Shown here piece after piece: positions 13,354-37,752 of a DNA stretch of 64,000 bases (the stretch's first letter is position 1; each line of letters opens with the position of its first letter). A program made the translations under genes and the position numbers. The notes under the pieces were generated by a model. It did no database searches. It was not told where the DNA came from and saw only the letters and a program-made list of their open reading frames with translations. This DNA is from Paraspadella gotoi (Eukaryota; Animalia; Chaetognatha): NCBI GenBank assembly GCA_051294375.1, contig CM119266.1, positions 21,767,875 through 21,831,874 of the forward strand, in the 5' to 3' direction.

Positions 13354-15852
13354 AAACCCTATTTCCGCCTTGTCTTCCGGTCTTTTTTACTAATTCCCAA
13401 GCCCTTCAGCCCTGTCGTCATCGCATGTAAACGTAAAATTACAAAAGACCATTTTATACGTCTCTAGTCTCAGTGGTGATTCTCCCGTCGTGACAAGTTG
13501 TCACAAAATTGTGATTCATTCGAACGACCTACCTCGTTCTTATTCTTGTCTTCTCAGCCCCGAGCTTCCTAATTTTTATCGTACTACAAACCGAAAGTTG
13601 CGTGATATTTATATCCTTGATTAATTTATTATCTATCATTATTGCGAACACAAGTTACCGTCATCGGTAAGAATCGAAAACTTTGCTCGAAAACCGGTCG
13701 TCCCTTTGAACAAACAAAACCGAAAAAAAGATAAATATCAAATTTGTGTTTATCTGCGAAAGGCTTATCTAAAATTGTTCAAAGTTGATGATCAGTTAAT
13801 AAACGTAAGGTTTTATTCACAGCCACTCAACCTTTCGACTGCAGCTCGTGAAGCGTTTTTAATTCTAACGTGTTTTCGAAGACATCGCAGTAATTTGAAG
13901 ATCCGAAGAAAAGAAGGCGTCACGAAGGCGGCGGATCTGTGAAGGATTCCTCCGTTTAAATGGATTATCGACGAAGATGAAGACGACGACGATAACGACG
14001 ACGATAACGACGACAACAACGGAATGTGACCCTCCTCTTTGCACAATTGATAAAACCCGAATATTTTGGAAAGCGAACTAAAGACTATCGAGTAATTTTA
14101 TGTACATGAAATTGGTATTATATAAAAGTTATGAGGATCGACTGAATAAAAGGGGATTTCGATTTCGAATCTCTCGCCATCGATTTCGCGATCGCCACCC
14201 AGTCTCTCCGAATTCGAACTTGGCCGACTTCCCTCGGGGATGATTTTTTTCAGAGTCAAACTTCTGCGGGTCACGAAACGCACAAAGTCGTCGCTGAGCG
14301 ATTTTTTTTCCAACTGTCCAATCGACGGGATTTCGCTCTAGATTCCGTGAAATATTACTCTTTCTACGAATTAGTATTGGTCGATTCATCCGTACATCTT
14401 CGTAGGCGCCCCGACATAACCGATGAACTCACTTCACGCCGGCGGTGCCGCTAGATCCCCCGCCGTAGTCCCGTCTGTCGAATATCGCCACCCGCCGATG
14501 ATTGTATGTGTCGCGGAAGAGAAACGCAGGAGGGGGTTTGTCCTCGTCACTTTCGTGCACCAAGAGATGATTTTTAAAATTAATTATCCGGCGACGATGG
14601 ATCTTAGTTTTGAACGAAGAACTTGAGAACGAAATAAATCCCAATGCTTGGACAAAGTAAAGCAAGCTTGAGCCTTGACCTTGCCATTTTGTAGCGAATT
14701 GGGCTAGAATTTGTTTAAATGCGGGCGATCTCGGCAAAGGGGGAGCTTAGCCTTAGCCTAAGGTTTGTCATGGTCGATCCGTTTCGCTCGGAAGGATTTG
14801 CGGTCGAAAGGAAAGGAACGTCATCGGCGAAAGGGGTCAGGGGGACGAACGTCGCAAGAATTTAGATCGTCGACGTCAGACCGTAAACATTAAAGGGATC
14901 GTCTTTGTCATTTCGTCTTGGTTTTCGTCCGCGACGAGGTCGTACATCACGAAAAGCCGAAGGAAACTAAAACAATTCGGAACGAAAAGGAGAAAGACTC
15001 AAAGAAACGAACCATTTCGTGTGAATTTTCATCGACTCTTGTTTTTGTTTCGACGATTAATGTGTAAAATTTGTAACTGCTACGATATAGAAATTTAAAA
15101 AAAAACGATCCAATACACAAATAACCGGCTGTTTAGGATTCGGTTAGTTTAACCTTTGAAAATTTTATATGTAAGTTATAAGTGGCTAAATTTGAATTAC
15201 GAATATTTTAAATCTCCGGGTCGTAGATGTCTTGGCAGTCGACAACCTTCCGACCCGAAGCTGCGCCTTAAAAAAAAACCAAAAAAAAAACAAAAAACCA
15301 GAAATAGCAACAAATAGAATCATAGACGAAATCTACGAATTGTAAACATAAAAAAATTTAACGATGCAATAAAACCGAAATGAATCAAACTAAATATCTT
15401 TCTCTCTCTCTCTCTCTCTCTCTCTTTTTCTCTATTTCTCTTTCCGATATTCATGGCTTGATTTCTTTTCAATTTTCCAGCTTAAAAAACCGCAACGACG
15501 TCCGTGGAGCAACCCGTCAATTCGCACTCCCTCAAAGATCGCCCTTTCGATATCTGAACGCCGTTTCAACAAACGATGAACTACCTATGAGTGGCAGAGA
15601 TTCTTAAAACTCTTGGCGAGTCATCTGCAATCGGGCCAGTTGCACGGCGCCCTGAAAGAAAAGAATAAAACGTCGGATCTCGATTTCAAAGCTAACATTC
15701 AACGACGCCTTTTCGTTTGGTGGGCCGGCCAAATAGAGAGTATTTGCTCGAATGCCCCACTGACCTTTAAACCTTCCGTCTAGCCACGAGAAACTTTTTA
15801 AAAAGCGTCTCTCGAGATCACAAAAAGACAAAAGACTCTCACCGACAGAAAC

Positions 15853-17223
15853 ATGGAGACGACGACGAGGACGTTGGCTTTGTTCCTCTGTTCCCTACTT
15901 TCCCTGTACGCCGCGAAGGCCACGCAACAGGCGGCGCTGGTGGGAACGACGGTGACTTTTTCGTGTCCGCTTCAGGAGGGCAAGACAGAGGACCAGGTCC
16001 AAAAGTGGATCAAGGGAAGGGACACAATCTTTGAGGATGAGGGAATGGTGCTTGGCGAGAAATGGAACCAGGATAAGTTCGAGTGAGTTGTGTCTTTTAA
16101 TATTCGCGTTTTCTATCCGAATTTTATTTAAATCTAAATTATATAGATATATAAATAAAATTATACTTCCTTTTTTTTTAGTCTTGCTGTGGGTTCCGTC
16201 TCCGAGTACAATTTAACCATCAATAAACTGACGATGAGTGACAAAGATACATACGTCTGCCTGTTGCACGACATGGAAACCGAGAAGAATGTTTTCCTCA
16301 AAGAGTACGACCTGGTGGTTCTGGAGAAGCCCCATTGCGCGGGTGAGACGAAGCTTGTCAACGGCGAGACCTACGAATACATCTGCTCGTCCGACGTAAA
16401 CGACGTCACCCTCTTGTGGAGCGTCGGAACAGGAGAAAAGAATGTCGGCGCCAACTTGGTCGACGAGGCCGACGTGGAAGTCGTCTACAAAACCAAAAAA
16501 TCCATCACCGCCGACTCGTCCCTCAAGGGCAAGTCCGTCGAGTGCGAGCTTCAGCATCCCAGCTGGAGCGTCCAGGACGGAGCGCTCCAGTGTTCTTTGG
16601 GTCCTTTGGTCGTTGAGAGCGAGGTCCAGATCACTTGCGACGAGAACGACCAGAAAGGCGACGGTATCGCCTGTGTTATCAGCGCTAGGGATTCTAGCGT
16701 CATCGAAAAAGAGAACATCGGGTGGATGGTCAGGTCGGACCCGAGCAAAGTGACCCCCGTAGATCCCACCATGATCGAAACTCTGGCCGACGGGTCCGGT
16801 TACCGGGTCACGCTCAACACGCCCAACAGCGGCGAGATGCACGCGCTGAAAGTCGGCGACGTCGAGGGTCCATGGCAGAAGATGCCGTCTACAAACGGCG
16901 GCGGAAAAGAGGCGGGTTCGCCGGTCGGGATGATCGTCGTTATCGTCGTCATCGTCGTTCTCCTCGTCGTCATCGTCGTTCTGTTCGTTCTATACAAACG
17001 CAAGGTCATTTTCTCCACGAGCGAAGCGAAGGCGACCGACATGGAGAAAGGAGCTCCCAAGTTAAACGGCGTAACGCACAACGGCGACGGCAAAACGCTG
17101 CTCGACAACAAAGACATGTCTAACGTCGACGACGAGAAGAGACGCGATTCCAACGAAGACTGCAAGAATAATCTCATCATCGACACGAAACCGCAAAAGA
17201 TGGAAAAGGACGACAGGATTTAA
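15853..17223 (+). CDS. Type I membrane immunoglobulin-superfamily protein (adhesion-molecule-like architecture), 2 exons: 15853-16082 and 16182-17223
   Basis: Signal peptide METTTRTLALFLCSLLSLYAAKA. V-type Ig motifs VTFSC..KW..YNLTINKLTMSDKDTYVC, then further Cys-paired Ig-like domains. TM MIVVIVVIVVLLVVIVVLFVL followed by YKRK and a cytoplasmic tail. The GT-AG intron keeps the frame. Confidence 0.8.
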
Positions 17224-17484
17224 ACTTCCATGTCGAAAATGACTCTTTTGTGATTGATGGAGAGCTTTTTCGATCCGAGCCGCCGCACGATCTTAAAGTA
17301 CGGACGCTAGAAAGATTTACCTTACCTCGCCGACTACCGTGTTTTGAATGATCCTTGCTTCAAGCCAAGATCTTGTATTTTGGTCAAACATTCGTCGTTG
17401 TCGCTTCACTGTTTATTTTTCATGTACATCATTTTTGTTTTAGAATATCTAGATTTTGTTTGCATTAAACAAATTGTAAATAAT

Positions 17485-17488
<4 letters not shown>

Positions 17489-17566
<78 letters not shown>

Positions 17567-17610
17567 CTCTTTCTCTCTCTTTCTCTCTCTTTCTTTCTCT
17601 CTCTCTCTCT
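17489..17610. repeat. (CT)n microsatellite
   Basis: Long CT run with a degenerate 3' end. Confidence 0.95.
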
Positions 17611-19163
17611 AGTAAACAGAGTACTGACTCAGAATTCATTTTTATATTTGTTTACTTCCCTTTTGCAAAATATTTTAATGAGATACCCCTAAATAGAATT
17701 TTAATTAAGGTCCAAGAAAACTTTTTTTGTTATTTTTAAAAAAAGTAAGTCTGCTTATATTTTTCTGAAAGTTGAAAGTTTAGAAAAATGTGTCTTTTGT
17801 ATGATATATTTTGAATACTTGAGATTAAATAGTAAAATATGAAAATTTGAAGTACGCGAATGAAAATTGAGCAGAATTGTGATTTTAATTGCCGCCCCAT
17901 TCCCAGTGAGCCAGGGAGATATTGCCTTGCATAGCGTGACACTGCATCCGGACGACTACCTTTGCGTTTCAGCATATTATCCTAGAGCAGAATTCCCTCT
18001 GCCTCAAGATTAAGACTACGTACACCGTTAGGTTACTGACGGGAAGAAAGATAATGTCATTAAATTAGATTTTCAAGTCACAGCGCATACCAATGGCAAG
18101 GCGACACGTTGGGTTAGCAAAGTTATAAGTAAATTTATCACCTAGAAAGAAAATAATATTGAAATTTAATAAATTCATAATTAGACATATGTTATATTTA
18201 ATTTTGGTAAAATATCCTTGAGAGCCAATCTTTTACTTTTAAAAGTAGTTTGGCCCTTTTTCTTTTGGCGTCAATTTCCGTTGTTCTTTTGTTGGCATCG
18301 GCATCGAAGAGACCCTCAAACTCGTCCCGTCATCTAGCGATCCTCGTGCGTTTTTTCCAGAAACTTAGTCACGGCTTCAAATTTACTCGAGACTCTTGAT
18401 TTTTGTTATTCATGTTGTTTTTCTCCTTTCCTTTACAGAAAAAAAAAAAAAAAAAAAAAAAAATAGACTCTAGAGGGGCGGAGAGAGACTTAGAGCTTTT
18501 TCCTTAAAAGCAACAAACTAACATTCGGTTCTTAAGACCATCACAATTCTACCACTTAAAGTGAAATGTTTCCTTTTTAAGTTAATGAATTTTTTGCTTT
18601 TTCTCGTTTACCTTTTGACAACAGCCAATGGCTTGAATTTTCTATTCATGTTGTTTTTCCCCTTTCCTTTACAGAAAAAGACACGACTCTAGTACAATTA
18701 ATACTCTCTGCTCGCTCAGATTTGACATCATGTCAGGCTCAAGGGATCCACTTTCAGCCCCTTGTTGTGGAAACTTTCGGTGACTGCGACAATGAAGAGG
18801 CAACGCCAATCTCCTCATTAACCGGGACACTGAACCATATAGCTAATCTTTGGTCATCAGCATCTTCCTTAAAATAAATTCTTTTGGCGTTTAAAATCTC
18901 ATTATCTCTAATGTAATCTTTAATGTTGACCCTACAATTGCTTAACATCCAATTCTTCAGAATGAGTAAAATTGTTGTTTCTTTTTCCTTTCAGAAAAAA
19001 AAAAACTATAGTTTACTCTTTCAGAAAAAAAAATTAAATGTAATCTTTTGATTTTTCGCGTTTTTAAAAAAATTCTTAGGCACCGCGGGGTGGTGTCAAT
19101 TATCTCAGGAATGAAAAACAAAGTTTTTCTATTTTCGTAAAGACTTCAAATTCTCTCGAGATA

Positions 19164-20708
19164 ATGGAATCATTTCCGGGACTCGTAGAAAGTAATGAGA
19201 AATTGCAGCTGGCGAAGAACGAAGCCTTGAGGCAATTGGAATTTATCTTTAGCGGTGAGATTCTTACATCGAATGCTACCTCGGTCGAGAATGATACATC
19301 ACCCGCGACCGTAAGTCAGCTGGTACAAGTGCCCTCTCACGAATCGCTTCAGGTGCCCCGCCTTTGTCCGTCCACTGGTTCAGCCCCCTTTATTGGCCCC
19401 GTAATTCCCACTCCATCACCAACGCCAACGAAGCCAGATGATTCCAACAGCCCGTCCAACACAACCACACCTGCTACGGACGCTGAGGAAGATCTCGACG
19501 AAGCGGAGGCACCCACCGGGTCTCGTTTATCCGTCACGTCGACGCCCGAACTCTTTCTGCGCTGCGAACGTGAATTCCAACCGACGGACAAAGTCGAGGA
19601 CAATTTTATCAAAGGATGCAGGTGGTCTCCCGATGGGACCTGCTTGCTCACGGCATCGGAGGATCGAATCTTGCGTCTCTTCGACTTTTCCAAAGACCTA
19701 AACGGACTTCGATACGAAATCGAAGAAAATGAAGAGGAAGAGAAAAGAGAAAAGGAGCGGGACGCGACGCTGAGGATACGAGCTTCGGATCTCGTCTACG
19801 ATTACGATTGGTATCCGTTTATGAATTCCACCGACTCTACGACCTGTTGCTTCGTCGTGAGCGCGAGACACTCGCCAGTTCATCTCTACGACGCCTACGA
19901 CGGGTCTCTCCGCTGCTCGTATCTCGCCTTCAATCAAGTCGAGGAGTTCGTCTCCGCCGTCTCCGTCGCCTTCTCCCCCGACGGCGCTAAACTTCTCTGC
20001 GGCTACAACAAGACGGTCCGAGTCTTCGACCTCGCCACTCCGGGGCGCGATTGCGAGTTATTGCCGACCTACGAGAAGAGGAACCGTCGAGGACTAAAGG
20101 GAATCGTGTCTTGCTTCGCCTTCCACCCGACCTCGACCGATCTCGTGGCGTGCGGTAGTTACTCCCGATCGATCGGCCTCTTCTCTCTCCGCTCCGGTGA
20201 GTTTCAGCACCGACTCGACGGCCATCGAGGTGGCGTCACCGGCCTCAGGTTTTCGCCTTGCGGGACCCGACTCTTCTCGGTCGCGAGGAAAGACGACGAG
20301 ATTCTTTGCTTCGACGTCCGGAATTTGGGTCAGATTCTTTTCTCGGCGAAAAGGGAGATGACGACTAATCAACGAGTCCAATTTGACGTCGACGACGAGG
20401 GTCGCTTCCTCTTTTCCGGCGATACGGCCGGAAACGTCACCGTTTGGGACCTCGCTTCGTACGAAAAGGCCTCGTTTTGCGACGACGGGTCGCTGGCTCC
20501 GCTGAAGAGATTTCGCGCTCACCGAGAAGCGGTGAGCGGGACGAGTCTTCACCCTCACCTTCCGCTTTTGGCGACCACTTCGGGCCAGAGACATTTTCTC
20601 TTTCTTGACGAAGGTGACTCTTCCAACGAGGAAGACGACGATCCCGTATGGCGGCGATTGCCTTCATCCAGCTTCGAAAATTCCCTTAAGATATGGAGAA
20701 TTAAATGA
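19164..20708 (+). CDS. WRAP53: Telomerase Cajal body protein 1 (TCAB1/WDR79), WD40 protein; intronless CDS
   Basis: NFIKGCRWSPDGTCLLTASED, VYDYDWYPFM, HLYDAYDGSLRCSY, GHRGGVTGLRFS, TNQRVQFD and LHPHLPLLATTSGQRHF are hallmark WRAP53 segments. Confidence 0.93.
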   Translation: MESFPGLVESNEKLQLAKNEALRQLEFIFSGEILTSNATSVENDTSPATVSQLVQVPSHESLQVPRLCPSTGSAPFIGPVIPTPSPTPTKPDDSNSPSNTTTPATDAEEDLDEAEAPTGSRLSVTSTPELFLRCEREFQPTDKVEDNFIKGCRWSPDGTCLLTASEDRILRLFDFSKDLNGLRYEIEENEEEEKREKERDATLRIRASDLVYDYDWYPFMNSTDSTTCCFVVSARHSPVHLYDAYDGSLRCSYLAFNQVEEFVSAVSVAFSPDGAKLLCGYNKTVRVFDLATPGRDCELLPTYEKRNRRGLKGIVSCFAFHPTSTDLVACGSYSRSIGLFSLRSGEFQHRLDGHRGGVTGLRFSPCGTRLFSVARKDDEILCFDVRNLGQILFSAKREMTTNQRVQFDVDDEGRFLFSGDTAGNVTVWDLASYEKASFCDDGSLAPLKRFRAHREAVSGTSLHPHLPLLATTSGQRHFLFLDEGDSSNEEDDDPVWRRLPSSSFENSLKIWRIK

Positions 20709-20852
20709 TTAATATTGTGTTTTTATCTCTTTCTTTGTTGATGTCAATTTTTTTTTCAAAAAAAGATGGTTAAACTTAAAGCTATACCTTAGCTTTGGCG
20801 AGGTAACGTTAAAAACTAAAAACAAGTCGTGTGGCTCGTGTGCGAGTTTATA

Positions 20853-23800
20853 ATGTTGACACTTGCGTTTCGGCGCTACGGCGCCATTTGCGCCTCTCAC
20901 TCGTGGGAGGTGATCCTTGCGACGCTGGCCGCCATTTTCCTCGCAGCCTCCTCTTTGTCCATGTACGCGGCAGAAACGGATGGATTTCTCTGTAAATTCA
21001 GATACTTACTACCCTCGTCGGGTAAGACAAATAAATAAATGAATGGATGAATTTGATTTTAACTATACAGTTCTTTCCTATCCACGCTATCCAGCCCCAA
21101 CGGATCGTGATATATCCATGGACGAAAGAATCGACGTCATCTTCGTTTATCTGACGCGATGCGCCGCCCTCATTTATTTGTTTTATCAATTCCAAAGTCT
21201 GCGAAAGATGGGATCCAGGTTTGTGCATAAAATTAAACTAAAATCCCCCAATCGAGTTATTTATTTCATACTATTATTTTTTAGATACATCATGGGCGTG
21301 ACGGCATTTTTTATCCTCCTTTCCTTCTCCGGTTTCATCGCCACAGTGACCTCTTTCCTCGGCCTCCCTTTGGCCTCGCTCAGCCACGCCCTCCCTTTTT
21401 TTCTTCTACTCATGGATCTCCACAAGGCGGCATCGCTGGCGCAAATGACTCTTTCGTCCGAAACCAAGGAGGAGTTGGTCGAAAATGTCTCTGAGGGAAT
21501 GTACCTCATTGGTAAATTCCATCTTATTATACTGACAGAAAGTAAACGTATTACTTGATGACTTGCTTACTTAATTAGGTCCCTCGGTACTGCTCGATGC
21601 TTTGGTTGAGATCATGGTCTTTTCGTCTGGATTCGTCTCATCCTATGGTTTGAATTCCGTCAAGTCTATTTGTTGTTTGGGATTCATGTCTGCAATAGCT
21701 AACGTCGTGGTAAGCTTTTAGTATTTAATACTATGAAGTATGTATGTATGTATTCATTTTTCACTTGAAATTGAAATGAATTTTCTAGGTTTTTCTCGGA
21801 ATTTTTCCACCGTTTTTATCGCTAATCGCGGGCGTCAGCATATCGCACGCCGAGAAAGTGAATGAGGCTGCCATTTCGGAAAAGGAATCTGTGATTCCGA
21901 CTGCAAAACGAAGTAAATACTGCGAAATTACCTTAATCTGCGACTGTCATGATATTTGTTAATATTCACTGATATCGTTTGTTTTAATCAGGAGGCTTTG
22001 CTTATCAATTATCTCGCCTTTCCTTCACGTCAACATCCGACGACGAGGAATTTCGTCATGAAAAGACGAACCCAGTTTTGCAAGGCATCAAGGTCGTCAT
22101 GGTGCTGTCGCTCCTCGCGATTCACGCCTACAGTCACCTGATCGGTATTTGTGTTTCTTTTTTTGTTTTTGAGCTGAGTCGCTTATACTGTTTTTCTTTT
22201 TAGACGATTCCACGTTGACACCTTCCCCGGACCGCGCCACCTTGCCGGTTCCCCCGAGCCTGGCGGCGTTGGTGGTTGCAGTTAGCGATTCCGTTCACTT
22301 GTCGCCCGAGCAGACAGTAAGCCTCGTCGTCGGCGCCCTTCTCGTCATCCGCTTTCTCCTCGATGGCGAGGACGATGTTCAAGGACTTTTCTCCGCGACA
22401 AAAACTTCGGAGGCGTCCATTTCGTCCCTGGTCTCCCTCGCGTCGTCCGCTTCGGACGCGGGTGCGGTTTTAAGGAAATATTATTACTCAAAAGGGTCAC
22501 ATTTTAATAATTCCCGCTTTCTCGTCATACCAGATGCCCGCGCCTCTTTCATTGTCGGAGATTTCGAACCATGCTCCGTCGACGTCGGGACGCAGACTGA
22601 CTTTTCGACCGAACTTGTTACGGCTTCGACTGTAGACGAAACTCGGTCCGAAATCAATTTCAGCGTAATCGAGGTGTCAAACCAATCGGATGGACCTGTC
22701 TCGAGAGCTCCTCTTCCAGTGGAAGATTGCCTTAATATTTTGCGAGACAAGACCCTTGGCCCGAACAAGTTGACCGACGATGAAGTGCTAACTCTCGTGG
22801 AGAAACGCCTCCTGCCCGCGTACAGTTTGGAAAAAACACTTGGCGATCCTGTTCGCGGCGTAAAGATTCGTCGTTGTCATTTGGCGAGAAAACTAAGCAA
22901 CGATACCAAATTGAATGGGCTCCCTTATGAAAATTTCGATTATTCCCAAGTCATGGGAGTTTGTTGCGAGAATATCATCGGTCACGTGGGTCTTCCCGTT
23001 GGTGTCGTTGGTCCTTTGCGAATTAACGGTAAGAATATTGGTGGTAGTGTGGCGAATCCTAAATTCCCCTCCCCTATGACTCAGTTCGTCCCATTAGCTT
23101 GGACAGCCAAGTAATGGTTCAATAACTATGAGTTCCGGGTTCATTCCCTTCATGGTCACGCTGGTTTAGTGTGATGGTGTCGGCTTAAACAAACCAGTGA
23201 CATGGGGTGGTCAGTGCCGGTCCAAAGCTCTGAGCGCCATTTATCGGGAGATGCCTCACACCCCGGGCATCACACATGTCTTCCCATTGCCATAGTAGAT
23301 TGTATTCATTTAGTTGTTAAATTGTGCTTTATCATTGCAGGTTTGGACTTTCACGTACCGCTAGCGACTTTGGAAGGAGCTCTTGTTGCCTCTACCAACC
23401 GAGGTTGCAAAGCGTTAACGGCCTCTGGTGGAGTCTTGGTTGAAGTCTTGGATCATGGAATGACCCGAGGGCCTCTCGTCGCCTTCAACAGCGTCGTCGG
23501 GGCAAAAAAGGCGATGGATTGGATCCAGGTCGCTATAATAGAAGCAGTTATTAATTTGCCGAATATGTAGAAAGATCAATATCGATTTACATATTTTATA
23601 TATAGTTTAATTCATTTCCCCAGATGGAATCAAACTTTGCCTCTCTGAAAGAGACCTTTTCTTCGACTACTCGCTTCGGCTCTCTCGAATCCGTCGTTCC
23701 GAAAATCGTTGGCAAGCTTATGTTCATTCGATTTAAAGCAACCACCGGGGATGCTATGGGGATGAACATGGTTTCCAAAGGCACGGAGCGATGCCTGGAA

Positions 23801-24454
23801 CGTCTCGCCGAAGAGTTTCCCGATATGCGTATCCTCTCAGTCAGCGGAAACTTTTGCGTAGACAAGAAACCTAATGCGTTAAACTGGATCGAGGGTCGAG
23901 GATGGTCTGTCTCCTGCGAGGCGGTGTTGCCGCGTCGCGTCGTCGCCGACGTCTTAAAAACTACTCCGGCGGCGATGGCGCGTCTTAACGTGGGCAAGAA
24001 TCTCGTTGGTTCCGCCGTTGCCGGCTCTCTGGGCGGTTTTAACGCCCACGCGGCTAATATCGTCACGGCACTCTTCCTCGCCACGGGTCAAGACGCCGCT
24101 CAGAGCGGTACATCTTCCAGTTGCGTGACGGTGATGGAACTGGCGTCAGAAGACGACGAAGACGAACTTTACGTTTCCGTGACGATGCCCTCGATCGAGG
24201 TCGGAACAGTAGGCGGTGGAACATCTCTGACCCCGCAATCTGCGTGCCTTGATCTGCTGGGCGTCAAGCCGCCTCCAGGCGAATATTCGGTGCCGGGAAG
24301 CAACGCTCGACGGTTGGCTGAGGTCGTCGCCGCGACCGTCTTGGCGGGAGAACTCTCACTGATGGCCGCGCTCGCGGAAGGCCATCTCGTCAAAAGCCAC
24401 TTAAGGCTGAACAGATCTGCGTCGGATCTTAGAAAAGTCGCGGAAACAAACTAG
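20853..24454 (+). CDS. HMGCR: HMG-CoA reductase class I with sterol-sensing domain; multi-exon
   Basis: N-terminus [21 protein letters not shown]. Catalytic motifs [60 protein letters not shown] and [13 protein letters not shown]. Confidence 0.97.
23085..23300 (+). mobile_element. SINE-like intronic element: tRNA-like head plus degenerate twister-ribozyme domain
   Basis: Lies in HMGCR intron 23029-23340. B-box-like GGGTTCATTCCC at 23137-23148. Twister-like GA-TGG...TAA...GCCGG-TCCAAAGC at 23159-23236. A 3' hairpin is also present. Confidence 0.6.
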
Positions 24455-25300
24455 TGACGTCGTAATTTAGAATACAATAAATTATAAGCCGGGAATGATC
24501 CAAAGTAGTGCTGAATGCCGAGGAAATTATTATTTTTTTCCTGATCGATAATTATTTGATAATTCTATCTCTTTTTTGAATTTTAATTTATTTTCAAGTA
24601 GTTAAAGCCGAGTCAGTTGGAAATACATAAAACTAAGCTATTTCGCCTTTTCGAGTCGGGTCGTCGTGAGACTAATCCTCTTCTAATTCGCCTCCTGTCC
24701 TCTCCTCGTTCATCATCCACTTGACGTTTCTTAGTTTTTTTTTCTTCTGCGAAAATGATTAGTGGTGGTTTTCATCGATGAAGATGATGATGATGGCGAA
24801 GGGAATTTCAAGGCAGGAAAATAAAATGTATTATGACTCGACGAGGGGAGGAGCGCGAGTATTGACGCGACTAAATATATCCCTTCTTTGAAACTACTCA
24901 CAAATCCAGTTGACAGGTTTTTTACAATCAGCGGGAAAACCCCGTGCCTTTTGTTCGCTCCTCGAGCTGGAGCGCCATCCGACATATTACTGTTTTCTAT
25001 TTCTCTCTTTCTCTCTCTCTCATGCTCAAGCTCAAATCACCGATCCGATGTTTCCCTCCTTCATCCGCCAGTCCGACTGCCGACGGACAACCACAGTAAC
25101 CTTTTTTGTTAACGCTACCAATGATTGACGATACACGAACCCACTCAAGTTTCACGGAAAAACGATTTTGGATCCACGAATCTAGAAACCTTTCGGACAG
25201 CATAGAGAAATATTGACTCCAGTTGAAGGGTGAGAAAAAATCGGTGAATGTCTTGCCCTGGCCGCTTCGGTCCTCGTCGCGGCACGAGACGACCGTAAAG

Positions 25301-37076
<11,776 letters not shown>

Positions 37077-37752
37077 TAGTGTGTGGCTCCTAGTCGACCC
37101 GTTATGATTATTTATCACTGCGACGTCCTCCTTCTTCTTCCCTTTTATTTTGCTCATTTGCGTTTCCTATTTTATTTCCGGTTCTCTTACTCCATACACC
37201 ATCCAGACTGAATGCAATGCGTCCGAATTCCCCATGATCACAGACGTTTTGTATTTAGAATTGAACTAAATTTTCAGGTTTGGGTTATTTCATATTTATT
37301 GCTACCACCAGTTATCAGGTTTATTTTTTATCTGGATTATAACCTATCAAGTGTCCTTGCCACGTTTGATGTAGTGCAAAAAAAAAATACAGGAAAAGAA
37401 ACTGAGATTTCTTCATTTTTTGTTTTTTTAAACAAACTAATTGGAAATGATTGTTTGTGTTTGTAATTCCTTGGCATTTGTACGTGTTTGATGGTTAGCT
37501 TGTATTGTTTTTACTTAAATTTAAGTAAATGCTTTAGTTTATCGTTATTAAGAATGATGTAGCGTTGATGATTCTTCTTCGAATCAAAATGATTGTATTC
37601 TTAGCATTTCGACCAAGTATTTATTTTCCAGTAACCTTGTAAATACCCTGTCATGACATTTTATGAACTGGTTATTTATTCTGGCGAAATTTTAGGTCTC
37701 CAATGTTCTTTGCAGATGCGTAGTTTTTAGCACAACGACTTTTTTCCAACTG

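Noticed and set aside
13450-15850. Protein-coding gene upstream of the Ig gene (GAC/GAT-rich stretch near 13970-14020)
   Set aside because: No sustained frame or recognisable domain; more likely UTR or regulatory sequence.
17344-17739. ORFs with LSLSLS/RERERE runs
   Set aside because: Translations of the (CT)n microsatellite.
17860-18130. LINE endonuclease relic (IVILI..LCVSAYYP)
   Set aside because: The resemblance is faint and interrupted by stops; a profile search would be needed.
18500-19160. TP53-like gene head-to-head with WRAP53
   Set aside because: Only a 64-aa minus-strand ORF with no p53 features; the other frames are closed.
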